DNA of 64,000 bases from Candidatus Aldehydirespirator sp. (GCA_965203635.1 OZ241903.1:292232-356231), one strand, 5' to 3'. Numbered from the stretch's first letter, positions 24,910 to 34,887 are shown. The notes: a model not told the origin generated them from the letters alone. Numbers and translations: made by a program.

Positions 24910-27429
24910 ATGACGGCCATCTTCCGCCGAGCCATCGGCAGCAGGGCAGCATCGATAGTCGAGACGTCGTGGGCGGCGAGGTGGGCGAGGTGCCTGGCGG
25001 CAACCGTCATGGTGGCGTCGGCGGCGGCGGTGACGCATGCGCCGGCCGCAGCCCAATCCGCGGGCTTCTCAGACGTTACCGGCGGATTCTACAAGCCCGC
25101 CGTCGACGCACTGGCCGCGCTGGGCACCTTCGAGGGCACCCTCTGCGGAGACGACACCTTCTGCCCCGACAAGCCCCTCAAGCGCTCGACGATGGCGGTG
25201 TGGGTGGTACGAGTCCTCGACGGCGCGGACCCGTCGCCGATTTTACGGTCGCGCTTTGACGATGTGGACGGCGACAGCTTCTACGCGCCGTTCATCGAGC
25301 GCATGGCCGATCTGGGCGTCACCGAGGGATGCGGTGACGGCAGCGGGTTCTGCCCCGACAGCAGCGTGAGCCGAGCGCAGATGGCGGTGTTCCTCTCACG
25401 CGCCTTCAAGCTGCCCGCGGCACCGGACCCGAGCTTTGTGGATGTTGCCTCCGACGCCTGGTACGCGGGTCACGTGGCCCGCCTCGCGGCGTCGGGCATC
25501 ACCACAGGATGCGGTGACGGCAGCGGGTTCTGCCCCGACAGCAACACGACCCGCGCCCAGATGGCCACCTTCCTGCATCGCGGCCTTGGCCTCGTCGAAA
25601 CCCCGGAGGCCGAGCCGGTGCCGGAGACCGGCGAGAGCGACGACGAGGCCTTCCTCAACGACCATGTCAGCAACGATCAAGGCAGCGCGCAGCACCGTGC
25701 ATGGTGGCGACGTCCACGAGGCAATCTGCGCGTCAAGCTCCATGTGTGCGCGGAACGCGGCTTCGAGCATCTGTTCTCTCCCAGCGACCTCACGGCGTAT
25801 GCCGACGCAGCCAACGAGCAGATCGCGCCGTTCTACTCCTGGCAGTCGTCGGGACTGCTTTCCGTGCAGTTCGAGCCCGGCCAGATCGTCGCATCTGAAA
25901 TATTGGCTGACATGAAGCACTACACGAATTGGAAAAGTGTTATGGCCCCTGAGGACTGCTTCACAGTGGAGTCGAACATCGGGCAACCTGGTGTCGTACA
26001 CCATTATCTGCTGTACGGAGAGGACTATGAGACCCGCAATAGGGGCCTCGCACTCTTAGCTGGGCCTCGCAGCGCCACCTACCTGCGCCATCACCTAAGC
26101 GCTGGTCCAAATCCACTTGAGATCACACCTGATCGCTTGTTCGTCCTCCAACATGAACTGGATCACAACATCAACGCGCCCCACCTCAATGGCGCGCCGT
26201 TGGGCAACACTCGAGTATGGGCTTCTGAACGCAGCCGCCCCATAACGGTAGGCACGCTCGCGGGCTATCCCGATATCCCGAGACTGAAGGACAGCGGGTT
26301 GGACGAAGCAGGCGAACTCTACGAAGTCTATTCGGTCTTTCCCTGCTATGTCCTGGTCCGGCTGGGATGGCCGATGGGCGACCACCACCCCGCCTGCGGC
26401 CGCTGGCCCCCTCCCCCAGTGCGCGATGTCGCGGCACAGACCGACCCAGATGGCACATTCCGGGTGACATGGAGGCCCCCGTCAAGTGATCTCAACCCTG
26501 AGCCGGTGACAGGCTACGAGATCGAACTGTTGGAGTGGCGGGGCAACGTCGGCGAACCGACCAACACATTCCGCGTCTCGTCCGACACCACATCTCTCAC
26601 CCTGCCATCGCTGGAGTTGTACGTCCCGTACGGCGTGAACGTCTGGGCGACTTCGGCTGCGGGCGTCGGCGACCTTACCTGGCCTGTCGACATCCGCTAC
26701 TACGGGCCCGCCGCACAGATCAGAGTCGCCGACAGATCGGGCACGGAATGGGCTGCTTACGACTTGAGTTGGGATCCCGTCCCCGGTGCCAGTCACTACC
26801 TGGTCAGCGGCTTCGAGGACTGTACATACACGTTCGAGAACAGCCCTGACGGCCTCGGCCGCTCGTCGAGCGTGTGCTCGCAGCGCACCGAGACAGCCTC
26901 GATCACGCTCAGCGAGGCTCAGAACCACCTTGAAGCAGGACGATCATATGAGATCACCGTCTTCGCCTGCGGGGAGGGCTTCGACGAGACCCGGCTGCAG
27001 TGGCCCGATGCCGGAGACTGCTTCGCCTACGGAACAACGACCATCGACGCGCAGGCTCGAGGGTTCAAAGCCGTGGAGTTCGCACTCATCGATGGCTGCG
27101 TCTGGTTCCAGCCGGGAGCAGAGATGGACGAGGCGAATGCGGCCGGACCGTGCTACATCGTGGAATGGGTGCCGAGTCCCGGAGCGACCGAGTACGACGC
27201 CGTCGCCTGGCTGTGCCCCAACGACGGCGGGCCGTGCCGCGGAGAGGGCCTCGGGGCATACGACGATAGCTACTCCATCTCGGACGCCAAGGTCACCGCG
27301 AGACTCGACCTGGAGTACGGGAAGCGCTACGAGGTGACGGTCGACGTCGACTGCCGGGGACCAGCCGATACGGGCACATGCTTCCGCTATGCACGGGGCT
27401 GGGTGACGGTACCAGCCCGCGGCAACTGA
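24910..27429 (+). CDS. Large secreted surface protein with 3 SLH-like repeats, a metzincin-type HExxH domain and FN3-like repeats
   Basis: GAGGAG lies 6 nt before ATG 24910. Signal peptide ...AAAVTHAPAAAQS; three F(S/D/V)DV...GCGDGSGFCPD...RAQMA.FL.R repeats; QHELDHNINAPH; FN3-like VTWRPPSS...VTGYEIELLEW. Confidence 0.75.
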   Translation: MTAIFRRAIGSRAASIVETSWAARWARCLAATVMVASAAAVTHAPAAAQSAGFSDVTGGFYKPAVDALAALGTFEGTLCGDDTFCPDKPLKRSTMAVWVVRVLDGADPSPILRSRFDDVDGDSFYAPFIERMADLGVTEGCGDGSGFCPDSSVSRAQMAVFLSRAFKLPAAPDPSFVDVASDAWYAGHVARLAASGITTGCGDGSGFCPDSNTTRAQMATFLHRGLGLVETPEAEPVPETGESDDEAFLNDHVSNDQGSAQHRAWWRRPRGNLRVKLHVCAERGFEHLFSPSDLTAYADAANEQIAPFYSWQSSGLLSVQFEPGQIVASEILADMKHYTNWKSVMAPEDCFTVESNIGQPGVVHHYLLYGEDYETRNRGLALLAGPRSATYLRHHLSAGPNPLEITPDRLFVLQHELDHNINAPHLNGAPLGNTRVWASERSRPITVGTLAGYPDIPRLKDSGLDEAGELYEVYSVFPCYVLVRLGWPMGDHHPACGRWPPPPVRDVAAQTDPDGTFRVTWRPPSSDLNPEPVTGYEIELLEWRGNVGEPTNTFRVSSDTTSLTLPSLELYVPYGVNVWATSAAGVGDLTWPVDIRYYGPAAQIRVADRSGTEWAAYDLSWDPVPGASHYLVSGFEDCTYTFENSPDGLGRSSSVCSQRTETASITLSEAQNHLEAGRSYEITVFACGEGFDETRLQWPDAGDCFAYGTTTIDAQARGFKAVEFALIDGCVWFQPGAEMDEANAAGPCYIVEWVPSPGATEYDAVAWLCPNDGGPCRGEGLGAYDDSYSISDAKVTARLDLEYGKRYEVTVDVDCRGPADTGTCFRYARGWVTVPARGN

Positions 27430-27462
27430 CGCCTGCTCCTGCCGAGCGGCCCGCAACCGTCG

Positions 27463-28422
27463 TCAGTGGTCGGGCTGGACGGTCTCCACCGGTTCGCCCC
27501 TGAGCGCCGCCAGGACCTTGGCGACTACCTGGACTGAGACGTCGCGCTGGGCTGCGCCGGTGCTGGCGCCGAGGTGGGGGGTGTGGACGACCCTGGGGTG
27601 GCCGATCAGGGGGTGACCGGGCGACGGGGGCTCCTGGTCGTAGACGTCGAGGCCCAACCCTCCGAGGCGACCGTCGTCGAGGGCGGCACGGGCCGCGGCG
27701 GGGTCGATGAGGCTGCCCCGGGCCGCGTTCACCACGACCGCGCCCGGCTTGATGGCCGCGAACGCGGCCTCGTCGAGCAGAGCGGAGCCGTCCTGGAGCG
27801 CCACCGCATGCAGGCTCACGAAGTCGGACGCGGCCAGCAGTTCGGGCAGCTCGACCATCCTGGCCCCGTGCTCGGTGGCCACCTCGGCACCGATGTACGG
27901 ATCGGTGGTCAGTACGGCCATCTCGAAGGCGAGCGCCCGGTGGCCGACAGCCCGTCCGATGCGGCCGAAACCGACCAGGCCGAGCGTGGCGCCGGCCAGC
28001 TGCATGCCGACGTACTGCTTGCGGTCCCAGTTGCCGTCCGCCAGCGAGTTGTGGGCGTCGGTGATGCGCCGGGCCGCGGCCAGCATCAGCGCGAAGGCGT
28101 GCTCGGCCGCAGCCAGGGTGTTGGCCTCCGGGGTGTTGACCACCGCAATGGCCTTCTCGGCCGCCGCGGCCAGGTCGATGTTGTCGACGCCCACGCCGGC
28201 GCGGCCGATCACCCGCAGGCTCGCCCCGGCCGCGATCAGCTCGGCGTCGGCCTGGGTGCCGCTGCGGACGATCAAGGCGGCGGCGTCGCGCATCGACTCC
28301 AGCAGCTCGACCCGGCTCTGCCCGTCCGCGAAGACGGCCTCGACGCCGGGAGAGGCGCGCAGGCGGTCCGCACCGGCTGCCCCCAGCGGATCGGCCACCA
28401 GCACCTTGTGTCGTTTAGGCAT
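27463..28422 (-). CDS. D-isomer-specific 2-hydroxyacid (phosphoglycerate-type) dehydrogenase
   Basis: ATG 28422 (MPKRHKVLVADPL). NAD motif GLVGFGRIGRAV; catalytic R/E/H region ...TPHLGAST. Confidence 0.85.
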   Translation of the reverse strand: MPKRHKVLVADPLGAAGADRLRASPGVEAVFADGQSRVELLESMRDAAALIVRSGTQADAELIAAGASLRVIGRAGVGVDNIDLAAAAEKAIAVVNTPEANTLAAAEHAFALMLAAARRITDAHNSLADGNWDRKQYVGMQLAGATLGLVGFGRIGRAVGHRALAFEMAVLTTDPYIGAEVATEHGARMVELPELLAASDFVSLHAVALQDGSALLDEAAFAAIKPGAVVVNAARGSLIDPAAARAALDDGRLGGLGLDVYDQEPPSPGHPLIGHPRVVHTPHLGASTGAAQRDVSVQVVAKVLAALRGEPVETVQPDH

Positions 28423-28514
28423 CGGACACCTCTCGATCGCTTCCGGCGTGCCGCGCCTCGCCCGCCTCTCGTTCGAGCGCGGCACTCCCCCGCAGTTTCG
28501 CGGCGGAGCGTCCG

Positions 28515-29738
28515 CTACTCGTGGATGCCGAAGCGGTGCAGCCCGTAGGCGTTGATCGCGTTGCCCCGGAGCACCTTGCGGCACTCGTCGGCGTCCATGC
28601 CGACCGCCGCGAACATCGAGTGGGCCACCTTGCGGGAGTGCGGGAAGGTGCCGTCGGAATGGGGATAGTCGGTCTCGAACAGGATCTGGTCGATGCCCAC
28701 GTCGTGGCGCTGCTTGAGCCCCACCAGGTCGTCGAAGATGCAGCCGAACACCCGGCCCTGCACGATCTCGCTGGGCAGCGGCCCGTCACCGCCCACGCCG
28801 CCCCGGCCCTCCTTGAACACCGAGTCCATCCGCTCCACCTGGAAGGGCATCCAGCCCACCTGGCTCTCCGCGTAGGTGATCTTGATCTCGGAGAACCGCT
28901 GCAACGTGCCCGAGAACACCCAATCGACCATCGACCCCTCGGCGTTCTGGGCGTACAGCGACATCGAGGTGGCCAGCGGTGCGTCGGCAGACGTGGACGG
29001 CATCGACGACGACGAGCCGATGTGCATCGACACCGTGGTGCCGGACTCCTCGCAGGCCTGCCACACCGGATCCCACTCGCCGGTGTACATCGACGGCAGG
29101 CCCAGCTTGGACGGGTTCTCTGAGAAGGCCACCGCGAAGCAGCCCTTGGCCGCGCAGCGCCGCACCTCGGCTGCGGCCATCTGGGTGTCCCACAGCGGCA
29201 GCAGCGCCAGCGGAATCAGTCGGCCCCGCCCCGCGCCCCCGCCCCAGTCGTCGATCATCCAGTCGTTGTAGATGCGCAAGCACTCGGCCGCGAGCTCCTT
29301 GTCGTCGCGCTCGAGGAAGCCCTGGCCGCAGAACCGGGGGAAGATGTTGGGGAAGTTGATGGCCGCCTCCACGTGATTGAGGTCCATGTCGGCCAGCCGG
29401 GCGGTCTGCTCGTAGGTGCCGGGACGCAGGTCCTCGTAGCGGGCGGCCACGTTGCGCTGCTCCTCCCGGGGCATGCCGGCGGGACCGTGCAGCAGGCCGG
29501 TGGGCGTGACGCTGTCCTCGAACAGCCACACATCGCACCACTGCCCGTCGGGGTCGTTGCGCTCGAAGCCGTAGTGGCCGCCGGTGAAGTGCAGCCTCAC
29601 CTTCTCCTGCACCACCCTTGGCCCGCGGGCTCGCATGGACGGCGGCAACTGCTGCTGCCACAAGTCCTTCGGCTCCATGACGTGGTCGTCGACTGAGATG
29701 ATGAGCGGCAGTTCCTCGATGGCGGGAGTGGGCGTCAC
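28515..29738 (-). CDS. Amidohydrolase-2 (ACMSD-like) family metal-dependent hydrolase/decarboxylase
   Basis: IISVDDHVMEP N-terminal metal site and ...FETDYPHSDG C-terminal motif. Confidence 0.8.
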   Translation of the reverse strand: MTPTPAIEELPLIISVDDHVMEPKDLWQQQLPPSMRARGPRVVQEKVRLHFTGGHYGFERNDPDGQWCDVWLFEDSVTPTGLLHGPAGMPREEQRNVAARYEDLRPGTYEQTARLADMDLNHVEAAINFPNIFPRFCGQGFLERDDKELAAECLRIYNDWMIDDWGGGAGRGRLIPLALLPLWDTQMAAAEVRRCAAKGCFAVAFSENPSKLGLPSMYTGEWDPVWQACEESGTTVSMHIGSSSSMPSTSADAPLATSMSLYAQNAEGSMVDWVFSGTLQRFSEIKITYAESQVGWMPFQVERMDSVFKEGRGGVGGDGPLPSEIVQGRVFGCIFDDLVGLKQRHDVGIDQILFETDYPHSDGTFPHSRKVAHSMFAAVGMDADECRKVLRGNAINAYGLHRFGIHE

Positions 29739-29777
29739 TGCATCAACCCCCGACTTGGCCGCGGCGACCGGTCGGGC

Positions 29778-30179
29778 TCAGGCGTCGACCCTGCGGGCGC
29801 ATGCCGTCAAGATATCCTCCGCGGTGCCGTCCCACAGGTCCTCGGTCTCGTCGTCCAGATCGCTCGGGTTGGGGGTGGAACGGAGGGCCCTGTCTAGGGA
29901 ACGGAACTCCTCCAGCGTCAGTCGCTGGCGCAGTCCGTCGAAGGAGCATCCGCACAGCACTCTGGCCTCGGCTTCCGTGAGGTTCTCGGTGTTGGCCTCC
30001 ATGCACGACGCCATGAAGTTGTGCTCCACCGCGGACTCGGCCCCGAACTCCTCGTCTACGAAGCGTTCATCCTGCTCGGCCTCGTCCCAGGTCTCCGGGT
30101 CGGCGCTGTTGCCGCATCCTGCCACCACCAGCACGACAGCCGCGGCAAGAACCCAGACAGGACGAAGGCGTGCGCGCAT
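29778..30179 (-). CDS. Small lipoprotein, unknown function
   Basis: MRARLRPVWVLAAAVVLVVAGCGNS lipobox, followed by an acidic Cys-containing domain. Confidence 0.5.
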   Translation of the reverse strand: MRARLRPVWVLAAAVVLVVAGCGNSADPETWDEAEQDERFVDEEFGAESAVEHNFMASCMEANTENLTEAEARVLCGCSFDGLRQRLTLEEFRSLDRALRSTPNPSDLDDETEDLWDGTAEDILTACARRVDA

Positions 30180-30255
30180 AGCGGGTCTGAGGCTACCGGG
30201 TGAGGTCACAGGCGAACGCTAGTGAGTGTGACCGTCTTGCGGATTAGCGTCGTGT

Positions 30256-30307
30256 TTCCCGCTCTTGTTCGCTGCGCTCACGGGCCGCTCGGGCCACGGC
30301 CTCGCTC
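30256..30307 (+). repeat. Intergenic repeat family, copy A
   Basis: ttcccgctcttgttcgctgcgctcacgggccgctcgggccacggcctcgctc. Near-identical to 34018-34070 and 51027-51066. Confidence 0.85.
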
Positions 30308-31033
30308 AGCACCAGGCGACGGCCTCGGCTGCTCCGGCCCACCCGCTCGGCCTCCGGCACTCAGTTCCCGCGCTCTGGTGAACACGGCGTCGAGCATGGG
30401 CTCGGTGAGGCGTCCGGTGAAGGTGTTCTGCTGGCTGGGGTGGTAGCTGCACAACAGGGTGCGGCCGTCCGGAAGCGGCGCCTCGGCGCCGTGGCCGAAG
30501 CGGGGCCGCGGACCCGATCCGAGTTCGCGCCACACCACCTGGTGGGCGAAGCCGCCCAGCACGACCACCACCTTCAGCGAGCCGAGCGCGGCCAGCTCGC
30601 GCCTCATGAACGGCATGCAGGCGTCGCGTTCGACGGGGGTGGGCTTGTTGTCGGGCGGCGCGCACTTCACCGGCGCAGTGATCCATGCTCCGGTGAGGAC
30701 CAGACCGTCACCGAGATGGGTCGACTGGGCCTGGCTGGCGTAGCCGGCGCGGTGCAGGGCCCGGTACAGCCAGTCCCCGGAGCGGTCGCCGGTGAACATC
30801 CGGCCGGTGCGGTTGGCCCCGTGGGCCGCGGGCGCCAGGCCGACCACCAGCAGGCGGGCGTCGGGGTCACCGAACCCGGGCACGCCGCGGGCCCAGTACT
30901 CGTCGTCGCGGTAGGCGGCCCGCTTGGTGCGCCCGACCTGCTCGCGCCACTCCACCAGCCGGGAGCACACCCGGCACGCGGTCACCTCCGATGCCACCTC
31001 GGCAAGGGCACGGCGCGAGCCGGGGGACTCCAC
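30278..31033 (-). CDS. Uracil-DNA glycosylase, family 4/5 (UdgB-like)
   Basis: CRVCSRL Fe-S cysteines and [19 protein letters not shown]. The last 10 codons and the stop lie inside repeat copy A. Confidence 0.85.
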   Translation of the reverse strand: MESPGSRRALAEVASEVTACRVCSRLVEWREQVGRTKRAAYRDDEYWARGVPGFGDPDARLLVVGLAPAAHGANRTGRMFTGDRSGDWLYRALHRAGYASQAQSTHLGDGLVLTGAWITAPVKCAPPDNKPTPVERDACMPFMRRELAALGSLKVVVVLGGFAHQVVWRELGSGPRPRFGHGAEAPLPDGRTLLCSYHPSQQNTFTGRLTEPMLDAVFTRARELSAGGRAGGPEQPRPSPGAERGRGPSGP

Positions 31034-31061
31034 GGACGATCAGGCTACGTTGACACCCATC

Positions 31062-31742
31062 ATGGCCACGAGTTCTGCCCGCACCTCGGCCAAGCCCGCT
31101 TCCAAGGCCGGTGCTGAAGCCGCGGCCGTCGTGCTGTTCGTGCGCCACGGGCAGACCCCGACCACCGGGACGGTGCTCCCGGGCCGGGCGCCGGGTCTCC
31201 ATCTGTCGTCCGAGGGTGTGGAACAGGCTCAGCGAGTGGCCGAGCGGCTGGCCGGGCTGGGCCGGATCAAGGCGGTCTATGCCTCGCCCATGGAGCGCAC
31301 CGTCGAGACGGCCGGACCCATCGCCCGGGCCTGCAAGCTGCGAGTGCGGCGGAGCCCAGGTCTCATCGAGTGCGACTTCGGCCGGTGGACGGGACGCAAG
31401 CTTCAGAGCCTTCGCAGGCGCAAGGATTGGACCACTGTGCAGCGCCACCCGAGCGGGTTCCGCTTTCCCGGTGGGGAGTCGTTCGCCGAGATGCAGGCCC
31501 GGGCCCTCGACGCGGTGGCCGCCATCTGTGCCCGCCACGCCGGCGAGACCGTGGTGGCCGTGTCCCACGCCGATGTGATCAAGGCGGTGGCCGCGGCCGC
31601 GGCCGGCACACCGCTGGACCTGTTCCAGCGGATCGTGATCTCGCCGTGCTCGGTCACCGCCATCGCCTACCACCGGTCCGGCCCCATCCTCCTGACCGTG
31701 AACAACACCGGCGACGACCTCGCCGCTCTGCGCCCGTCGTGA
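31062..31742 (+). CDS. Histidine phosphatase family protein (MSMEG_4193-type)
   Basis: LFVRHGQT (RHG motif) and VSHADVIKA, followed by the DUF3090 and SCO1664-type genes as in other actinobacteria. Confidence 0.85.
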   Translation: MATSSARTSAKPASKAGAEAAAVVLFVRHGQTPTTGTVLPGRAPGLHLSSEGVEQAQRVAERLAGLGRIKAVYASPMERTVETAGPIARACKLRVRRSPGLIECDFGRWTGRKLQSLRRRKDWTTVQRHPSGFRFPGGESFAEMQARALDAVAAICARHAGETVVAVSHADVIKAVAAAAAGTPLDLFQRIVISPCSVTAIAYHRSGPILLTVNNTGDDLAALRPS

Positions 31743-32227
31743 GCGAGTCGTTCCACTTCGAGGCGGTCGACATGCTCACCGTGGGCACGCTCGGGCCCAA
31801 GGGCGAGCGGGTCTTCTACCTGCAGTGCCTCGCCGGGGGCGAGCTGGTGTCGCTCAAGTTCGAGAAGCGCCAGGCGGCCGCCCTGGCCGAGTACCTGGAA
31901 CGGGTGCTGGGCGAGCTGCCCGAAGCCGAGGAAGCAGACCCGCCCGACGACCTCGACATGCGTGAGCCGGTGGTGGAGGCATGGACGATCGGCGCCCTGG
32001 GAATCGCCTACGACCAGGAGGAGGGCCGGGTGATCCTGGTGGCCGAGGAGCTGGTCGAGGACGAGGACGACACCGGAGCGTCGGCTCGATTCACCCTGAC
32101 CCGCCCCCAGGTCAGGGCGCTGGTGACCCGGGCCCGGGCCGTGGTTGCCGCCGGCCGGCCACCGTGCCCGTTCTGCCTGCGGCCCCTGGAACCTTCCAAC
32201 GGAGACTGGTGCCCGTGCCACAACTGA
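31739..32227 (+). CDS. DUF3090 family protein
   Basis: GTG overlaps the previous stop (GTGA). FEAVDMLTVGTLGPKGERVFYLQ... and C-terminal CPFCLRPLEPSNGDWCPCHN. Confidence 0.8.
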   Translation: MSESFHFEAVDMLTVGTLGPKGERVFYLQCLAGGELVSLKFEKRQAAALAEYLERVLGELPEAEEADPPDDLDMREPVVEAWTIGALGIAYDQEEGRVILVAEELVEDEDDTGASARFTLTRPQVRALVTRARAVVAAGRPPCPFCLRPLEPSNGDWCPCHN

Positions 32228-32982
32228 GCGCGAGTGAGAGCGCCGGCCGCCAGTCCCCCATCCGGGACCGCCCCCCGATCGAGACTGCCCGTGCCCTGGC
32301 CCTGCTGTCCAGCGGCGAGGTGGAGCTGAGGGGACGAATGCCCTACAGCTCGAACGCGACCTTCCTGGTGGACGTGACCCATGAGGGACTCGACGCCCAG
32401 GCCATCTACAAGCCGGTGCGGGGCGAGCGGCCGCTGTGGGACTTCCCTTCCGGCCTGGCCCACCGCGAGGCGGGCGCGTTCTGGATGGACGCCGCGCTCC
32501 GCTGGGACGTGGTTCCCCCCACCGTGGTGCGCGACGACCTGCCCTTCGACGAGGGGTCGCTTCAGCTGTTCATGCCCGCCCATTTCGAGGAGCACTACTT
32601 CACGCTGGTGGAACAGGACCGGCTCAGGCCCGAACTGGAGCGCATCTGCGCGCTCGACATCGTGATCAACAACACCGACCGCAAGTCGGGCCACTGCCTG
32701 CTGGGAACCGACGGCACCGTCTGGGCCATCGACAACGGACTGTCGTTCCACTCCCAGTTCAAGCTGCGCACCGTGATCTGGGACTTCGCGGGCGAACCAC
32801 TGCCCGACGACGTGAGCCGGGACCTGCGCTCACTGCTGGACGGCGGCCTTCCCGAGCCCCTCGCCGCGGCGCTCACCGCCCAGGAGCAGGACGCCACCCT
32901 GGCCCGAACCGAGGCTCTGCTCGCTGCGGGCCGGTTCCCGTCCGACGGCCACGGCCACCGCTGGCCCTGGCCGCTGGTGTAG
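32215..32982 (+). CDS. SCO1664-family PI3/4-kinase-like protein
   Basis: SSNATFLV...IYKPVRGERPLWDFP...NNTDRKSGHCL...IDNGLSF. The start (GTG 32215 or 32209) overlaps the DUF3090 stop. Confidence 0.75.
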   Translation: MPQLSASESAGRQSPIRDRPPIETARALALLSSGEVELRGRMPYSSNATFLVDVTHEGLDAQAIYKPVRGERPLWDFPSGLAHREAGAFWMDAALRWDVVPPTVVRDDLPFDEGSLQLFMPAHFEEHYFTLVEQDRLRPELERICALDIVINNTDRKSGHCLLGTDGTVWAIDNGLSFHSQFKLRTVIWDFAGEPLPDDVSRDLRSLLDGGLPEPLAAALTAQEQDATLARTEALLAAGRFPSDGHGHRWPWPLV

Positions 32983-33029
32983 ACCGAGCGTCCGAGCCGG
33001 CGAGTTCAGAGCCGGCGGACTCCAAGGGG

Positions 33030-34001
33030 TCAGCGGCCTTCCAAGGCCTCCGTGAGCCTGGGCAGCACCTTGTGCACGTCGCCCACGATGCCGAGGTCGG
33101 CCACCGCGAAGATGGGGGCCTCGGAATCCTTGTTGATGGCGATGATGTTCTTGGAGCCCTTCATGCCCACCAGGTGCTGGGTGGCGCCCGAGATGCCGCA
33201 GGCGATGTACACGGTGGGCTTGACCACCTTGCCGGTCTGGCCGACCTGGTAGCTGTAAGGCACCCAGCCCGCGTCCACGATGGCCCGGCTGGCTCCCGGC
33301 GCGGCGCCCAGCTGCTTGGCCAGGCCCTCGATCATCGAGTACGCCTCCGCGGCGCCCAGTCCCCGCCCGCCGGAGACCACGATGGCAGCCTCGTCGAGCT
33401 TGGGGCCTTCGGACTCCTCGGTGAAGCGGTCCCGGACCACCGCGCCGCCGGTGGTGCCGAGGTCGGGAACGGGAAGGTCCACGACCTCCGCGGGCGGGCC
33501 GCCGACCGCCGCCGGCTCGAAGGACTTCGGGCGGACCAGCCAGATGTCGGGACCGCCGTCAGTGAACCGGGAGGTCACGTTGAGGGTGCCGCCGAACACC
33601 GGCTCGACCCCCACCAGACGGTCCCCGTCGAGGCGCAGGTCGACCACATTCGACAGCACGCTGACGTCCAGCTTCACCGACAGCCGGGCGGCCACGTCGC
33701 GGCCGTCGTAGGTGGTGCCCAGCAGTACGGCGTCGGGCGCGGCCACACTGCCGTCGGAGATGGCTTCGGCCACCGCCGAGGCGACCGACACGCCCTTCAT
33801 GCGCCCGTCGAGATCGCCGGTGGCGTGGACCGTGGTGACCCCGTGGTCGCCGAGCTCGGCCGCGCAGGCCGTGCCGTCTCCCCCGCAGAACACCTCGACG
33901 GTGCCGGCCACCTCCCGGGCCTTGGCCAGCATCTCGAGCGTGATGGTGGCCACGCCGTCGTCGCCGGCCTCACAGAACACCCAGATCTTGTCCAGCGTCA
34001 T
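33030..34001 (-). CDS. etfA: Electron transfer flavoprotein alpha subunit
   Basis: C-terminal FAD motif [19 protein letters not shown]. Confidence 0.93.
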   Translation of the reverse strand: MTLDKIWVFCEAGDDGVATITLEMLAKAREVAGTVEVFCGGDGTACAAELGDHGVTTVHATGDLDGRMKGVSVASAVAEAISDGSVAAPDAVLLGTTYDGRDVAARLSVKLDVSVLSNVVDLRLDGDRLVGVEPVFGGTLNVTSRFTDGGPDIWLVRPKSFEPAAVGGPPAEVVDLPVPDLGTTGGAVVRDRFTEESEGPKLDEAAIVVSGGRGLGAAEAYSMIEGLAKQLGAAPGASRAIVDAGWVPYSYQVGQTGKVVKPTVYIACGISGATQHLVGMKGSKNIIAINKDSEAPIFAVADLGIVGDVHKVLPRLTEALEGR

Positions 34002-34017
34002 TGCACCGACCTCCCTA

Positions 34018-34070
34018 TTCTCCGCTCTTGTTCGCTGCGCTCACGGGCCGCTCGGGCCACGGCCTCGCTC
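34018..34070 (+). repeat. Intergenic repeat family, copy B (inside the etfB-etfA spacer)
   Basis: ttctccgctcttgttcgctgcgctcacgggccgctcgggccacggcctcgctc. Confidence 0.85.
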
Positions 34071-34107
34071 GGCTCTTGGTGAAGATTCTCATGCTGCTGC
34101 TCGGCCT

Positions 34108-34887
34108 CTAGATGACCTTGAGTTCGTCGAGGAAGGCCACGATGCGTTCGTGGGCGTCGCCCTCGTCCACCACGACCTCGCCCGCGGCCCGCTCGGGAGC
34201 CTCGGCGACATCGGTGATCTCCTGGCCCGCACCAGCCCAGCCGACACGCTCGGCGGCGATCCCGAGATCGGCGATCTTCAGCTGGTCGACCGGCTTGTTC
34301 TTGGCCTGCATGATCCCCCGGAACGACGGGTACCGGGGCTCGACCACACCGGCCGTCACCGACACCACCGCGGGCAGCGGGCACTCGACAAGGTCGGCGC
34401 CGGCCTCGGTCTGGCGGCGCACGGTGGCGCTGGAGCCCTCGACCACAATCTCCTTGGCGAACGTCACCGAGGGCAGGCCGAGCAGTTCGGCCACCTGGGC
34501 GGGCACGACGCCGGTGTAGCCGTCGCTGGACTCGGTGGCGGCCAGCACCAGGTCGGGCTCGGCCCGCTCGATGGCCGCGGCGAGCACGCGGGACGTGCCC
34601 AGCGCGTCAGAGCCGGCCAGCGCCTCATCACTGATGAGCGTGGCCGAGTCGGCGCCCATGGCCAGGGCAGTGCGCAAGCCGCTCACCTCGTCGTTGGGCA
34701 CCATCGAGACCAGATGCACAGAACCCTCGCCGGCGGCGTCCACCAGCTGCAGGGCCATCTCCACCCCGTAGGAGTCGGACTCGTCGAGGATGAGCTTCAC
34801 GTTGCGCCGCAGCGTCTTGGTCTCGGGGTCGAGCGCGCCGGGATCGGCGGGATCGGGAATCTGCTTCACGCAGACGACAACCTTCAT
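34108..34887 (-). CDS. etfB: Electron transfer flavoprotein beta subunit
   Basis: ATG 34887 gives MKVVVCVKQIPDPADPG... Confidence 0.93.
   Translation of the reverse strand: MKVVVCVKQIPDPADPGALDPETKTLRRNVKLILDESDSYGVEMALQLVDAAGEGSVHLVSMVPNDEVSGLRTALAMGADSATLISDEALAGSDALGTSRVLAAAIERAEPDLVLAATESSDGYTGVVPAQVAELLGLPSVTFAKEIVVEGSSATVRRQTEAGADLVECPLPAVVSVTAGVVEPRYPSFRGIMQAKNKPVDQLKIADLGIAAERVGWAGAGQEITDVAEAPERAAGEVVVDEGDAHERIVAFLDELKVI

Noticed and set aside
31062-32982. Histidine phosphatase, DUF3090 and SCO1664-like triad as a possible novel system
   Set aside because: This is a well-known conserved actinobacterial gene trio, usually linked to mycothiol-related genes. It is ordinary for this lineage.
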